64,000 bases of DNA from an uncultured delta proteobacterium (GCA_963842215.1 CAWJFQ010000010.1:107471-171470); one strand, 5' to 3'; counted from the first letter of the stretch, positions 29,219 to 39,157 are shown. Translations and numbers: made by a program. The notes: generated by a model from the letters alone, not told the origin.

Positions 29219-29273
29219 TGCCTGGTTAGATGATATATTTGTATCTTACGATCCCCCAACGGAGTACCTACTC

Positions 29274-29525
29274 ATGGCCGACGACGACCGCGCATCGAAA
29301 ATCGAGCATGAGAATAAAATGATTCGTCGCCTGCGCTTCCTGGTTGAGCTGACTTTCGCCACCATCGCGCAGGACAACGACATGACGCTCGAGCTGGGAT
29401 GGGAACACGTGCTGGCGCTCAAGGGCGCCGCGGTCGCGATGTTCCCCGGCAAGGAAGAAACCTTCGACCTGGTTTATCTACCGCGCTTCTCGCGTCTGCT
29501 CGCAGAGCGATTCGGCGCGAATTGA
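29274..29525 (+). CDS. Hypothetical small protein
   Basis: The ATG at 29274 follows GGAG. 83 aa (MADDDRASKIEHENKMIRRL...). Its stop overlaps the proposed nagA TTG start. Confidence 0.4.
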   Translation: MADDDRASKIEHENKMIRRLRFLVELTFATIAQDNDMTLELGWEHVLALKGAAVAMFPGKEETFDLVYLPRFSRLLAERFGAN

Positions 29526-30661
29526 CCGCGAAGGCGACATCGAGCGTTGGAAAAAGGTCGGGCTGGATCGCGAAACCCGATGGCTCGCTCATCCACGCGC
29601 AGATAACGTTCACCGATCGGATCACGGCGCTCGAGCCAGCATCTGGCGCCGATGACGATTACATTATTCCCGGCCTGGTCGATCTCCAGGTGAACGGCTC
29701 GCACAGCATCGACGTGATGAACGCGTCTGCCGATGCGCTCGCAATACTGAGCCGTCATCTCGCGCACGAGGGCACGACCGCCTGGATGCCGACGGCAGTC
29801 ACCGCGCCAATCGAGAAGATCGCGCAGGTTCACGAGTCGATCGCGAGTGCCTTTGAAAATTCGCGCGCCGGCGACAGCGCCAATCAAGCTGCTATTCTCG
29901 GCATGCATCTCGAAGGCCCGTTCATCTCACCGCGTCGCCTCGGCGCGCATCCCACGCTTAACCTCGAGCCGCGCGGCGACGCCTTCGAGCGCGTGCTCGC
30001 GATGCGCGCGCTTCGCTTGATCACATTAGCGCCCGAGCTGCCCGGCGGACTCGAGGCGATTCGGCGCCTGAGCGCGCGCGGCGTCGTTGCTTCGATTGGA
30101 CATACCAACGCGACCCTCGACGAGGCGAACGCCGGTATCGGCGCCGGTGCTCGCATGTTCACACATTTGTTCAATGCGATGCGCCCGTTGAATCATCGCG
30201 ATCCGGGCGTCATCGCAGCCGCGCTCGCACCGAGCCCCGCACTCGTTGCACTCATCGCCGATGGCGTCCACGTGCATCCCGCGATGCTGCGGCTGGCAGT
30301 CAGGGCCCGCGGCAAAGATGGAGTGCTCCTGGTCAGCGATAAAGTTGCGCTGGCGCAAACCTCGGGATCTGAAAATATTGTCGGCCGTGCTCGCGCGACG
30401 GTTCGCGAAGGTGCTGCGCGCCTCGATGACGGCACGCTCGCGGGCAGCATCATCTCGATGCTCGACGGCGTTCGCGTCATGGTCGAAAAAGCCGGCGTCA
30501 GCATCGGCGATGCAGCCGTGATGGCTGCCACCAATCCGGCAAACCTGGTCGGCGCCCACGATCGCGGCCGCATTGAGGTCGGCGCGAGAGCCGATTTAAT
30601 CGTGCTCAGCCGGGCGCTAGAGTTGAAGTCAGTATTCATCGGCGGTCGCGAGATTAGCTAG
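29522..30661 (+). CDS. nagA: N-acetylglucosamine-6-phosphate deacetylase
   Basis: IIPGLVDLQVNG, GMHLEGPFISP, TLAPELPG, IGHTNAT and THLFNAM blocks. ORF-track start 29399 overlaps the previous gene; TTG 29522 gives the usual roughly 380 aa. Confidence 0.8.
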   Translation: MTAKATSSVGKRSGWIAKPDGSLIHAQITFTDRITALEPASGADDDYIIPGLVDLQVNGSHSIDVMNASADALAILSRHLAHEGTTAWMPTAVTAPIEKIAQVHESIASAFENSRAGDSANQAAILGMHLEGPFISPRRLGAHPTLNLEPRGDAFERVLAMRALRLITLAPELPGGLEAIRRLSARGVVASIGHTNATLDEANAGIGAGARMFTHLFNAMRPLNHRDPGVIAAALAPSPALVALIADGVHVHPAMLRLAVRARGKDGVLLVSDKVALAQTSGSENIVGRARATVREGAARLDDGTLAGSIISMLDGVRVMVEKAGVSIGDAAVMAATNPANLVGAHDRGRIEVGARADLIVLSRALELKSVFIGGREIS

Positions 30662-30712
30662 TCACCGATCGCCTCTGAATTTTTCGAAAGCATTATCAAT
30701 CGGAGCCAGGCG

Positions 30713-31564
30713 ATGCCGCTGAACCAGGCCTGCGTGGGCCGCGAATACCCGCCCGTCACCATCAACGTCACGCTCGACGCGATCCAGAAGTATGCGCGCG
30801 CGTACAATGACGACAACGCCGCGTTCTTCGACGCGAGCCGCGCTGGCGGCATCGTTGCGCCGCCGATGTTCGGCGTCACCGTCACCTGGGATGCTCTGAT
30901 GAAGGCCATGATGGATCCCGACCTGCACGTCGACCTCTTGCGTCTGGTTCACGGCGAGCAGGACATGGAATTTCCAAACCCGATCCGACCCGGCGATGTC
31001 GTCACCGCGACTGCAAAAGTTGTTTCGATCGAGACCAAAACCACCGGCGAGACGATGACCATTGAGCTGAACGCCGCGAACCAGAAAGGGCAACCTGTCC
31101 AGAAGACATTCTTCATTATTTTCATTCGAGGCGCTCGAAACCGTGACGCGTCCGCGGAGCCGCGTCCCGTCGAGCCCGATCGCGGCGCGCCGCTTTTCAC
31201 GATCGCGCAAACCATCGACCAGGATCAGACCTACCGCTATGCGGAAGCCTCCGGCGATCCGAATCCGATTCACGTCGACGAGAACATCGCAAAGATGGCG
31301 GGCCTGCCGGGCATCATCGTGCACGGCCTTTGCACGATGGCGTTTACGTCGAAGGTCGCGATCGACAAGCTGTGCGGCGGCGACCCGACTCGCCTCAAGC
31401 GGCTGCGTGTGCGCTTCTCCCGACCGGTGTTGCCCGGCCAAACCATCACCACCAAGCTCTGGGCCGAAGGCGAACGCAACGGCCGCAAAGTTTTCGCCTA
31501 CGAAACCTTCAATCCCGATGGTCAAGCGGTTATCAAGGGCGGCATCGCCGAAGTCGCCACCTGA
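30713..31564 (+). CDS. Double hot-dog MaoC-family (R)-hydratase/dehydratase
   Basis: N-terminal hot-dog domain plus the C-terminal MaoC block SGDPNPIHVDENIAKMAGLPGIIVHGLCTMAF. Confidence 0.8.
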   Translation: MPLNQACVGREYPPVTINVTLDAIQKYARAYNDDNAAFFDASRAGGIVAPPMFGVTVTWDALMKAMMDPDLHVDLLRLVHGEQDMEFPNPIRPGDVVTATAKVVSIETKTTGETMTIELNAANQKGQPVQKTFFIIFIRGARNRDASAEPRPVEPDRGAPLFTIAQTIDQDQTYRYAEASGDPNPIHVDENIAKMAGLPGIIVHGLCTMAFTSKVAIDKLCGGDPTRLKRLRVRFSRPVLPGQTITTKLWAEGERNGRKVFAYETFNPDGQAVIKGGIAEVAT

Positions 31565-31579
31565 CGCTGTTTCGCTCCC

Positions 31580-32842
31580 GTGAAAATCACAATCGGCCTT
31601 TCACTTTCTCTCACCGGTGAATATTCACCGATGGGGCGGCAGGCCGAACTCGCGATACGCCTGTTCGTCGCCGACGCCAACGCCAGCAGCGCGCTCCGCG
31701 TCGCGGGCGAGCGCTGTGAATTTGAGCTCGACTGCCAGGACGACGCGAGCAACCCCGGGCGATGCGCTGAAATCTATCGCACACTCTGCGCTGATCGCAG
31801 GATCGGCATAATCTTCGGCCCATACTCGAACCGCCTCGCGGGCGTTGCCGCCATCATCGCCGGACAATTCGGCCGCGTGTTCATAAATCACGGCGGCGCC
31901 GGCGACGAACTATATGAAAGGGGCGACAAGCTAATCGTTGGAATACTCACTCCGGCAAGTGACTATTTGCGTGGATTCGTCCGACTACTCACCCAACTGA
32001 AGCTCTGGCGCAAGCGCGTCGCGATCGTCGCGACCAGGTCACCCTTTGCTCGCGCGGTTGCGTCGGGTTTTGAGCGCGCTGCCGACGAACGTGCCTCGCG
32101 CCGGCGCGGAGTCCGCATTCGCGTGAAATGGAACGGAGCCTTCGACCCCGCCTCGACCTCTGCGCGACTCTTCCCCGCGCTCGCTCGCAACCGCGTCAAC
32201 GCTCTGGTCAGCGCCGGTAGCTACGAACACGACCTTGCCGTCATGCGCGCAGTCGCAGAGTCCCGTCTCGACATCCCGGTGCTCGGATGCGTCGCCGCGG
32301 GCGTTGCGCGCTTCGGCTCGGACTTAGGTGAGCTTGCGGAGGGAATAGTCGGCCCTTCGCAATGGGAGGATTCGCTCGAGCTACAGCCCGCGCTCGGCCC
32401 GACCCCTGCCGAGTTTGCTCGCCGAATGCGTACCGCCGGCGCCGCCGTGTCTCCCGATTATCCCGCCGCGCAGATCTACGCCGCCGGTCTCCTGACCGCT
32501 GCCGCCCTCGCAGCCGCCGGCCGCCCGGACGACACGATGCTTCGTGACGCATTCTCCGATTTGCGTACGACCACGATGTTCGGCGACTTCTCGATCGACC
32601 GCGTCACCGGCCGCCAGCTCGGTCACCGGATGCTGCTGGTGCAATGGCACCGCGGCCGCAAGGTTATCATCGCGCCCGAATCGCACGACGACTCCGGCTC
32701 GCTCGATTTTCCCGCCGGATGGCGTCTGCTCCTTGCGGGCGCCGAGCTGCTTCGCTTAAGTCGTCCAGACGATTCTCGCGAATCGCTGGACGATGAGGCA
32801 GACGATCCGGATCGGGACAACGATGAGCGCAATCACGATTAG
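31580..32842 (+). CDS. Leu/Ile/Val-binding-protein-like (Peripla_BP_6) protein without signal peptide
   Basis: Begins directly with the mature-type block KITIGLSLSLTGEYSPMGRQ. Only 15 nt separate it from the upstream stop. It has an acidic C-terminal tail. Confidence 0.65.
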   Translation: MKITIGLSLSLTGEYSPMGRQAELAIRLFVADANASSALRVAGERCEFELDCQDDASNPGRCAEIYRTLCADRRIGIIFGPYSNRLAGVAAIIAGQFGRVFINHGGAGDELYERGDKLIVGILTPASDYLRGFVRLLTQLKLWRKRVAIVATRSPFARAVASGFERAADERASRRRGVRIRVKWNGAFDPASTSARLFPALARNRVNALVSAGSYEHDLAVMRAVAESRLDIPVLGCVAAGVARFGSDLGELAEGIVGPSQWEDSLELQPALGPTPAEFARRMRTAGAAVSPDYPAAQIYAAGLLTAAALAAAGRPDDTMLRDAFSDLRTTTMFGDFSIDRVTGRQLGHRMLLVQWHRGRKVIIAPESHDDSGSLDFPAGWRLLLAGAELLRLSRPDDSRESLDDEADDPDRDNDERNHD

Positions 32843-34031
32843 GATCTCCCCCGGCAAAGTTTTCGCGATCGGCTTGATGTCCGGGACTTCGCACGACGGC
32901 GTGAGCGCCGCCATAGTCGAGCTCGACCAACGCTCCCGTCCGCCCGCGCGCCTGATCGCTTTTCACAGTTTTCCGTACTCAGCGCCCTTCCGCAAAGAAT
33001 TGCTCGCTGCTTCGGCCGACAAAAAAATCGGTGCGTCCGCGATTTCCACGCTCAACTTCGCACTTGGACGCCAGCTTGCGCGTGCGGCGATCGAGATCGC
33101 CCGCCGCGCGCGCGTGCCGCTTCACGACGTGGCCTTCATCGGATCGCACGGCCATACTTTTTTTCATCTGCCGCCAAGGCGCACGCGTCGCGGACAAATA
33201 GCCTCCACGCTGCAACTCGGCGAGTCCGCCGTCATAGCCGCTGACACTGGCGTTCCAGTCGTCGCCGATTTCCGCACAATGGACCTCGCGCTCGGTGGCG
33301 AGGGCGCGCCACTTGCTCCTCTCGCGCACCTGTGGCTGTTCGCCGATCCCAGCCGCGGACGCGTCGTGCAAAACATCGGCGGCATCGCCAACGCGACTTA
33401 CATTCCGCCGCGCGCTCGCCTCGGCGATACCGGCCCTATCGCATTCGATACCGGCCCCGGCAACGGAATGATCGACGCGCTCGCGTCGCGAATTTCGGGC
33501 GGACGTCTGCGAATGGATCGCGATGGGCGCATCGCGGCGCGCGGCCACGTGAACGCGCCGATGCTCACCAAGCTGATGCGAAATCCCTATTTCCGCCGCC
33601 AGCCGCCGAAATCAACCGGCCGCGAGGAATTCGGTCCGCCGCTGCTCGATCGGATCGTCGCCGACGCACGCCGCATGAAAATTCTTGACTACGATCTCCT
33701 CGCCACCATCACCGCTCTTACCGCGCGATCGATCGCCGACTCCTGCCGCCGCTTTATCTTTCCGCGCGGCCCCGTCGCTCAATTGATCGTCACCGGCGGC
33801 GGCGCGCAAAATCCTATCATGATGCGAATGATCGCGGCCGAGCTTCCCAAAGTCGAAGTGATAACCGCCGCGGACGTCGGCGTTGACGGCGACGCGCTCG
33901 AGGCTGTCGCATTCGCCATCCTCGGCTACCAGATGCTGCACCGCCGCCGAGGCAACATTCCCAGCGTCACCGGTGCGCGCGCGCCCGCCATTCTCGGCAA
34001 ACTGACGCTGCCCCCGCAGCCAGCCCAATGA
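32823..34031 (+). CDS. anmK: Anhydro-N-acetylmuramic acid kinase
   Basis: GLMSGTSHDGVSAAIVEL, IGSHGHT, NIGGIAN and PKSTGREEF blocks. The ATG at 32823 is preferred over ORF-track 32793. Confidence 0.85.
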   Translation: MSAITIRISPGKVFAIGLMSGTSHDGVSAAIVELDQRSRPPARLIAFHSFPYSAPFRKELLAASADKKIGASAISTLNFALGRQLARAAIEIARRARVPLHDVAFIGSHGHTFFHLPPRRTRRGQIASTLQLGESAVIAADTGVPVVADFRTMDLALGGEGAPLAPLAHLWLFADPSRGRVVQNIGGIANATYIPPRARLGDTGPIAFDTGPGNGMIDALASRISGGRLRMDRDGRIAARGHVNAPMLTKLMRNPYFRRQPPKSTGREEFGPPLLDRIVADARRMKILDYDLLATITALTARSIADSCRRFIFPRGPVAQLIVTGGGAQNPIMMRMIAAELPKVEVITAADVGVDGDALEAVAFAILGYQMLHRRRGNIPSVTGARAPAILGKLTLPPQPAQ

Positions 34032-34063
34032 TCGCGTTCGCGAGTCCCTCGTCCCACAAACCC

Positions 34064-34166
34064 TTCCTACAGGGACGAAGTCCCGCATCTTCTCTTTCTG
34101 ATTCACTGGGTGCAGGGGTCACCCCTGCCCAAGGAAGTATGAAACCCACGGAGGGGTTTCATTAAA
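34064..34166 (+). repeat. Element A copy 1 (three-hairpin intergenic repeat, full length)
   Basis: CAGGGACGAAGTCCCG ... GTGCAGGGGTCACCCCTGC ... ATGAAACCCACGGAGGGGTTTCAT. Sits between convergent anmK and the MBL gene. Confidence 0.85.
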
Positions 34167-34186
34167 GTCAGGTTCTCAGTCCTCTC

Positions 34187-35470
34187 TCACGCGCTCCTCT
34201 TATCCTCCGGCGCCACGACTCCCGCCTTCGCCGCCGACTCGACGACTGCAGAGCGAAAAATCCCATGAGCCATCGTCGATTCCTCTCGATCTGCGCGCGC
34301 CGCATAAATTCTCATGCGCGCTTCATGTGCCGATTTGTCGTCCGGCGCGGCTGCGACCGCCCAATCCGCCAAATGACACGCGAGCACTATTTCACCCGCC
34401 GCAAGTTTTTCATTGGCGCGCGCAATCACCGGCGCCACACCGCCAGCCAGCGCAGCGATCTCCCGCGCTCGTTCGCCGTCAGTCGCGGGTTTAAGATTCG
34501 ACGGCGTGCCGTCGTACCAGCCTCCTTCGAGTCGCCAGATATTGCGCACGATAAACTCGGGCTCGTCATAAACCGCCTGTAGCCACGGCTTCTCCGCAAG
34601 GCTCGCCGGTGGCTTGACGGCATGGATCACCTCGTCCAGCGTCGCACCGGCATTCATCATTTCAATCGTCTGATCGTAAAGCGCTTGCAGATAGTTCGCG
34701 GTGTCGTTGAGCACCTGGCGCACCCGAATCGCGCCAAACACCGGATAACCGTGTCCCGGCACGAGTACTTCTGCTCCCAGCCGCGCCATCACGCGCAGCG
34801 CCTCCGCCCATTCGCGCGCGTAGCGCTGCGCCTTCTGTGGATTGCCCGCGTTGGGCGCCGCCCAGATGATCAAATCGCCGGTGCACAGCAGCTTGCGCTG
34901 CGGAACAAAGACCCAGCAATGGTCGTCGGTCTCGCCGCGCGCATGATGGCATTCGAACTTGTCGTCGCCGGCAACTACATTCAACTGACTATCGAAGTAG
35001 GTATCCGGGTATACATACTCAGTCGGCCATGCCGCCGGCCGGTTGAACTGCCGCGTATTGACTACGCTGTTATAGCCGGCAGTGCGCTTGTAGCGATCGA
35101 ACCGCGCCGCGACTGCGCGATGTCCCACGACGCGCGGCCGCGCGACCTTGTTCTTCTGCGCATCCGCGACGATCGCCGGCATCCCGCAAGCGTGATCGAC
35201 ATGCCCATGCGTGTAGATCGCGGTGTTCACCCGGTCCGGCGAAAACTGGCGAATCAGTTTCACCGTCGCCTCCTGGTTGAAGTAGCCGCCGGTGTCTACC
35301 AGCACCAGGCCCTCGCGGGTCTTGGCCGCCGTCACATTCGCAAACCACCGGTAAAACATCACGCCGTCGGCGATCTCCTCGTACTCGCCGGTCGGCAGCA
35401 GCGGATGGAATTGTCGGGTCGTAATCGAGCCGGTGAAAATTTTTTCCGATTGATCTCTTATCACGCCCAT
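34187..35470 (-). CDS. MBL-fold metallo-hydrolase (alkyl/aryl-sulfatase-like)
   Basis: YTHGHVDHACG (HxHxDH) motif, followed by a helical dimerisation-like C-terminal region. Confidence 0.75.
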   Translation of the reverse strand: MGVIRDQSEKIFTGSITTRQFHPLLPTGEYEEIADGVMFYRWFANVTAAKTREGLVLVDTGGYFNQEATVKLIRQFSPDRVNTAIYTHGHVDHACGMPAIVADAQKNKVARPRVVGHRAVAARFDRYKRTAGYNSVVNTRQFNRPAAWPTEYVYPDTYFDSQLNVVAGDDKFECHHARGETDDHCWVFVPQRKLLCTGDLIIWAAPNAGNPQKAQRYAREWAEALRVMARLGAEVLVPGHGYPVFGAIRVRQVLNDTANYLQALYDQTIEMMNAGATLDEVIHAVKPPASLAEKPWLQAVYDEPEFIVRNIWRLEGGWYDGTPSNLKPATDGERAREIAALAGGVAPVIARANEKLAAGEIVLACHLADWAVAAAPDDKSAHEARMRIYAARADREESTMAHGIFRSAVVESAAKAGVVAPEDKRSA

Positions 35471-35515
35471 AGCTGGCGGTTCCTCTCTCCGCGATTGTTT
35501 CTCGATCGAACGGAT

Positions 35516-36214
35516 CTAATTTATCCGATGCAGCTCCCGGATATGTCGAATCTTCTCATGCTTGACCCAGTTATAACGCTGATGCTGATCGATCAGGCTC
35601 GCCTCGATGCCCGCCGCGCGAGCGCCCTCGACATCGATAGAATAAATGTCACCGGTGAATTTGACTTCGTCGGCGCCGACGCCCAGCCGCTCGAGCGCGA
35701 TTTGAAAAATCCGCGGATCGGGTTTCGCCACGCCCACGATGTGCGAGTCGATTATCACGTCGAAGTATTGTGCCAGCCCATATCGTTTTGCATCTGCTTC
35801 GACCTGACCCTCCGCATTCGACACGATCGCCAGTTTGTATCCCGCCGATTTGAACGCCTCGAGCGCCTCGAATGTGCCCGGCCGCACGACCCGCCAGAGC
35901 GACGCTTCACGATGTATGGTGCCAAATCTCACCGCGCATTCCTGGAATTCCTCCTGCGGAATTCCCGCCGCCGCCATCCAGCCGCGAAAAAAATGCTCGT
36001 ATGCTGCATTGTTGGCCTGCGCGTTCTTCCCGCTCATCAGATGGCGATCGATCGCTTCGCGCCCCGCGTATTCAGCATGCTCGAGTGCGAGCGCCTCGAG
36101 CTTGCGCCCTTCGCGCGAGAACTCCCGTGCCAGCAATTCGAAATCCAGGAACGCCAGCGTGCCGCCGAAGTCGAACATCAACGCCTTCAGTTTCTTATTT
36201 TTCGAAGCACTCAT
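35516..36214 (-). CDS. HAD-superfamily hydrolase
   Basis: MFDFGGTLA (DxD motif), IVSNAEG, and the late GDIYSIDVEGA block. The ATG at 36214 (MSASKNKKLK) is preferred over 36265. Confidence 0.75.
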   Translation of the reverse strand: MSASKNKKLKALMFDFGGTLAFLDFELLAREFSREGRKLEALALEHAEYAGREAIDRHLMSGKNAQANNAAYEHFFRGWMAAAGIPQEEFQECAVRFGTIHREASLWRVVRPGTFEALEAFKSAGYKLAIVSNAEGQVEADAKRYGLAQYFDVIIDSHIVGVAKPDPRIFQIALERLGVGADEVKFTGDIYSIDVEGARAAGIEASLIDQHQRYNWVKHEKIRHIRELHRIN

Positions 36215-36280
36215 TCCGCTCCAGCTTAGCAGGGGCATCGGTCTGGCAACCACGTCAGCAGGCAAACGCCAATATTCTTA

Positions 36281-36346
36281 ATACTGGGTGCAGGGGTCAC
36301 CCCTGCAAGGAAGCGTGAAACCCACCGCGGGTTTCACATTAAATTC
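36281..36346 (+). repeat. Element A copy 2 (lacks the first hairpin)
   Basis: ACTGGGTGCAGGGGTCACCCCTGCAAGGAAGCGTGAAACCCACCGCGGGTTTCACATTAAAT. Confidence 0.85.
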
Positions 36347-36432
36347 CTATCTCATTGCGCCGTCGTTCGCCAAAAAGATATGATTTTTCTGGAGTTTTGT
36401 CCCCGACGCGCTGGCGCTCCACAGGAGAAGTG

Positions 36433-37044
36433 ATGTTCACCGGTATTATTGAAGACCTCGGCACCGTCGAAAGCCTCAAGCCGACCGATCAAGGAGCCGT
36501 GATTTCCGTTCACACCTCGCTCCCCGTTTCAGAGATAAACATCGGCGACTCGATCACCGTCAACGGCGCGTGCCTGACCGTGACGGCCAAAAGTCCCGGC
36601 CGCTTCGCGATGGACATCTCCGCCGAGACCCTGCGATGCACCGGACTGGGCGATTTGAAACCCGGCAGTCGGGTCAATCTCGAGCGATGCCTCACGCTCA
36701 ACAAGCTGCTCGGCGGACACCTGGTCTCCGGCCACGTCGACGGCATCGGTCGGGTCGTATCCATCAAGCCCGAAGGCGACTCGAAATTGTGCACCTTCGA
36801 GATCGCGCCGGCTCAAGCGCGCTACCTGGTCGAGAAGGGCTCGGTCACCATCGACGGCATCAGCCTCACGGTATTTTCAATCAACGACAATCAATTTTCC
36901 GTCGAGGTGATTCCTCATACGCTGCGATCGACCACGCTCGGGTTCAAACAGCCCGGCGACAGCGTTAACATCGAGAACGACATGCTGGTCAAGTATGTTG
37001 AGAAGATTCTCGCGATTCGCGCGACCCCGGCGCTGGCCTCCTGA
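36433..37044 (+). CDS. ribE: Riboflavin synthase
   Basis: MFTGIIEDLGTV N-terminus with the duplicated barrel (second-half motif GHVDGIG). The ATG at 36433 follows AGGAGAAG. Confidence 0.9.
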   Translation: MFTGIIEDLGTVESLKPTDQGAVISVHTSLPVSEINIGDSITVNGACLTVTAKSPGRFAMDISAETLRCTGLGDLKPGSRVNLERCLTLNKLLGGHLVSGHVDGIGRVVSIKPEGDSKLCTFEIAPAQARYLVEKGSVTIDGISLTVFSINDNQFSVEVIPHTLRSTTLGFKQPGDSVNIENDMLVKYVEKILAIRATPALAS

Positions 37045-37068
37045 GTAGAGTGAGAAGTTGAGAAACGC

Positions 37069-37548
37069 ATGAGCCTGATGCAGATACCGCGCAAGATCGA
37101 GTACGCACTGCGTGCGATGATCTATCTCGCCGATCATCCGTCGGGCGTGGCGCGCGGCACCGAAATAGCCAGCCGCGAGCAAATCCCGAAGTATTATCTT
37201 GAAAAAGTCATTCGCGATCTGATGCGCCGCGGGCTCGTCCACGCGCGCCGCGGTCCTGGCGGCGGCTATCAGCTCGCGCGCAAAGCCGACACCGTCACTT
37301 TTCGCGATATCATCGAGGCGGTCGAGGGTCCGATCACGCTCAACGTCTGCACCGACGGCAGCAGCTCATGCGCTTTGCAGCCGACCTGCCGCATGTACCG
37401 CGTGTGGGAGAAGGGCCAGCGCGTGCTGCTCGAAGTTTTCTCCGATACCTCGCTCGCCGAAATTGCCGCCTCGCGTCCCTCGCCGCCGGTTTGTGCCCCC
37501 GACCTCACGTCGAACTCGATATCGCCGGCCAAGTCCCAGCCCGCGTAG
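37069..37548 (+). CDS. Rrf2 (IscR/NsrR-like) family transcriptional regulator
   Basis: KIEYALRAMIYLA...IPKYYLEKVIRDLMRRGLV...RGPGGGYQLAR, plus three Cys (CTDGSSSCALQPTC) suited to an Fe-S cluster. Confidence 0.85.
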   Translation: MSLMQIPRKIEYALRAMIYLADHPSGVARGTEIASREQIPKYYLEKVIRDLMRRGLVHARRGPGGGYQLARKADTVTFRDIIEAVEGPITLNVCTDGSSSCALQPTCRMYRVWEKGQRVLLEVFSDTSLAEIAASRPSPPVCAPDLTSNSISPAKSQPA

Positions 37549-37599
37549 CCGAATTGAAGAACCCCGCGACTGCGACTTTGCGAATCCTCGCCGCTCTAA

Positions 37600-37960
37600 T
37601 CCCTCTCCTCGTAAGGAGAGCTCTGCGCAACTCTCTGTCTCCTCTCCCTGTGAGGAGGGCTGTGCGTAACTGCTTCGCGTCCCCTCTGTCCCCTCTCCCT
37701 GCAAGGGAGAGGAAGGGTGAGGGTCCGAATACAGCGCCCTGCGCGATTCAGGATTCTGCTCTTGCCAGAAGGAATCGGAGGGTTACGCAAAGCTGTCCTG
37801 TGAGGGAGAGCATGAAGGTGAGGGTCCGAATACAGCGCCCTGCGCGATTCAGGATTCTGCTCTTCCCGAAGGACTCGGAGCTTACGCACAGCTCCCCCGT
37901 CAGGCAGAGGTTAGGTGAGGGTCCTTATTCAGCGCGTCGCGCGCGATCAGGCTTCCGCTC
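37600..37960 (-). repeat. Element B tandem array (about 3 full units plus partial hairpins)
   Basis: Units of about 95-130 nt, each hairpin (CCTCTCCCTGCAAGGGAGAGG or a degenerate form) - GGTGAGGGTCC - GAATACAGCGCCCTGCGCGATTCAGGATTCTGCTCTT. 37660-37765 is near-identical to 45455-45557. Confidence 0.85.
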
Positions 37961-37975
37961 TTCTCCGGTCCTCAC

Positions 37976-39157
37976 GTGAGCGATTTCGGAATCAGTTTCA
38001 ACGACTTTACCGGTAAGCCACGCCGCGGCGCGCCGATCTTTACCGAGAAGACTTTTTATCTCGAGGAATTTTACGGCAAGAGCCTGCTCTTCGCGCTGAT
38101 TCCACCCGCCGGACAGCGAATCTCCGACTTCGACTCCCTGCTCTTGACGCTCCGCGAATTGCGCCGCAATCAAACCCGATGCGTCGTGATCGTTTCGCCG
38201 AGCGCACTGCCGAAGCTGATGCGCCGGCTTGGCCGCCTCGCGCCCTCGGAACCGCCGCCGGTCTTCAATCCATCTGAAGGACTTCGCTCGCGCCCCTATC
38301 CACCGGACTCCGCCGTCGCCGAGATCTGGGCGCGACTCCGCGCTGGATCGATCGTCGTCGCATCGATGAGCCGTGACGACGCCGACGATCTCACGGTCTT
38401 CGCTCGCGAGCTCGCCAGCCGCCTCCGCGTCTTCAAGCTCCTGCTGCTCGATCGGCGCGGCGGCCTGGTCGACAACAAGACCGGCGAGACGCTCTCATTC
38501 GTCGAGGAACATCGCATTCGCCGCACCATGCGCCACCTCCGCTCACGCGCTCGCAGAGCCATCGTGCGCGCCGCGCTCGACGCGCTCGAGGACGGCGTCG
38601 GCTCCGTCAACCTGGTCGCGCCAGGCGACGTTTACGAAGAACTCTTCAGCTTCATCGGCGCCGGAACGCTGTTCACCGAGATGCAGTACGGCTTCGTCCG
38701 ACCCGTCTCGATCGACGATTTCGAAGAAGTCGAAGCACTGATCGTCCGCGGCCAGACCGAAGGCCACCTGCTGCCGCGCACGCCCGAACAGATCGCGCAA
38801 ATCCTGCCGTCATGCTTCGGCTACCGCATCGGCGACGAGCACCTCGCCGGAATCTGCTCGCTGCTGACCGAGCCTTATCGCCGCGACCGCGCCGGCGAGA
38901 TCACCGCGATGTACACCTTGACCCGTTTTCAAGGCGAGGGTGTCGCCGCGGTGCTGGTCCGCGAGATCCTCAAGGAAGCCCGCGCGCGCCGTCTCCAATA
39001 CGTCTTCGCATGCACCAGCGACGATCGCGTCGCCGGTTTGTTCTCTCGTCTCGGCTTTGAACGCGTCAGCGCGCGCGAGGTACCCGCGGCCAAATGGCGC
39101 GGCTACGATTCCTCGCGCATCACCAGTCTTAGTATACTGCGCGTAGAACTCGACTGA
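37976..39157 (+). CDS. N-acetylglutamate synthase-like protein (amino-acid-kinase-like domain + GNAT)
   Basis: GTG start. VNLVAPGDVYEELFSFIGAGTLFT (AAK C-terminal block) and the GNAT block RFQGEGVAAVLVREILKEARARRLQYVFACT. The kinase-like half looks degenerate. Confidence 0.6.
   Translation: MSDFGISFNDFTGKPRRGAPIFTEKTFYLEEFYGKSLLFALIPPAGQRISDFDSLLLTLRELRRNQTRCVVIVSPSALPKLMRRLGRLAPSEPPPVFNPSEGLRSRPYPPDSAVAEIWARLRAGSIVVASMSRDDADDLTVFARELASRLRVFKLLLLDRRGGLVDNKTGETLSFVEEHRIRRTMRHLRSRARRAIVRAALDALEDGVGSVNLVAPGDVYEELFSFIGAGTLFTEMQYGFVRPVSIDDFEEVEALIVRGQTEGHLLPRTPEQIAQILPSCFGYRIGDEHLAGICSLLTEPYRRDRAGEITAMYTLTRFQGEGVAAVLVREILKEARARRLQYVFACTSDDRVAGLFSRLGFERVSAREVPAAKWRGYDSSRITSLSILRVELD

Noticed and set aside
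34138-34163. Third hairpin of element A (GTGAAAC-N10-GTTTCAC) contains the two parS half-sites in everted order, suggesting extra ParB binding sites near parABS
   Set aside because: Other copies carry GCGGAAC/GTTCCGC or GTGGAAC/GTTCCAC. These are compensatory changes that keep the pairing but destroy the parS half-site sequence. Selection therefore appears to act on structure rather than on a ParB recognition sequence. ChIP-seq would settle it.
36215-36432. Looked for an FMN (RFN) riboswitch upstream of ribE
   Set aside because: The interval holds element A copy 2 and a short unstructured leader. None of the conserved RFN core segments were seen.
37600-37960. Tandem repeats that superficially resemble a CRISPR array
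   Set aside because: The units are about 95-130 nt, contiguous and mutually similar over their whole length. They are not 25-40 nt repeats separated by unique spacers. The same unit occurs singly elsewhere in both orientations, and no cas genes are present.
37368-37979. ORFs translating the repeat arrays (37368..37979, 45298..45648, 45512..45835, 53841..54365, 54067..54570, 53962..54399)
   Set aside because: Their sequence is just element A/B read through (SPLP.RER.GEGPN, GFTLPWAGVTPAPS). The same text appears in several frames and orientations, which is not a coding signal.
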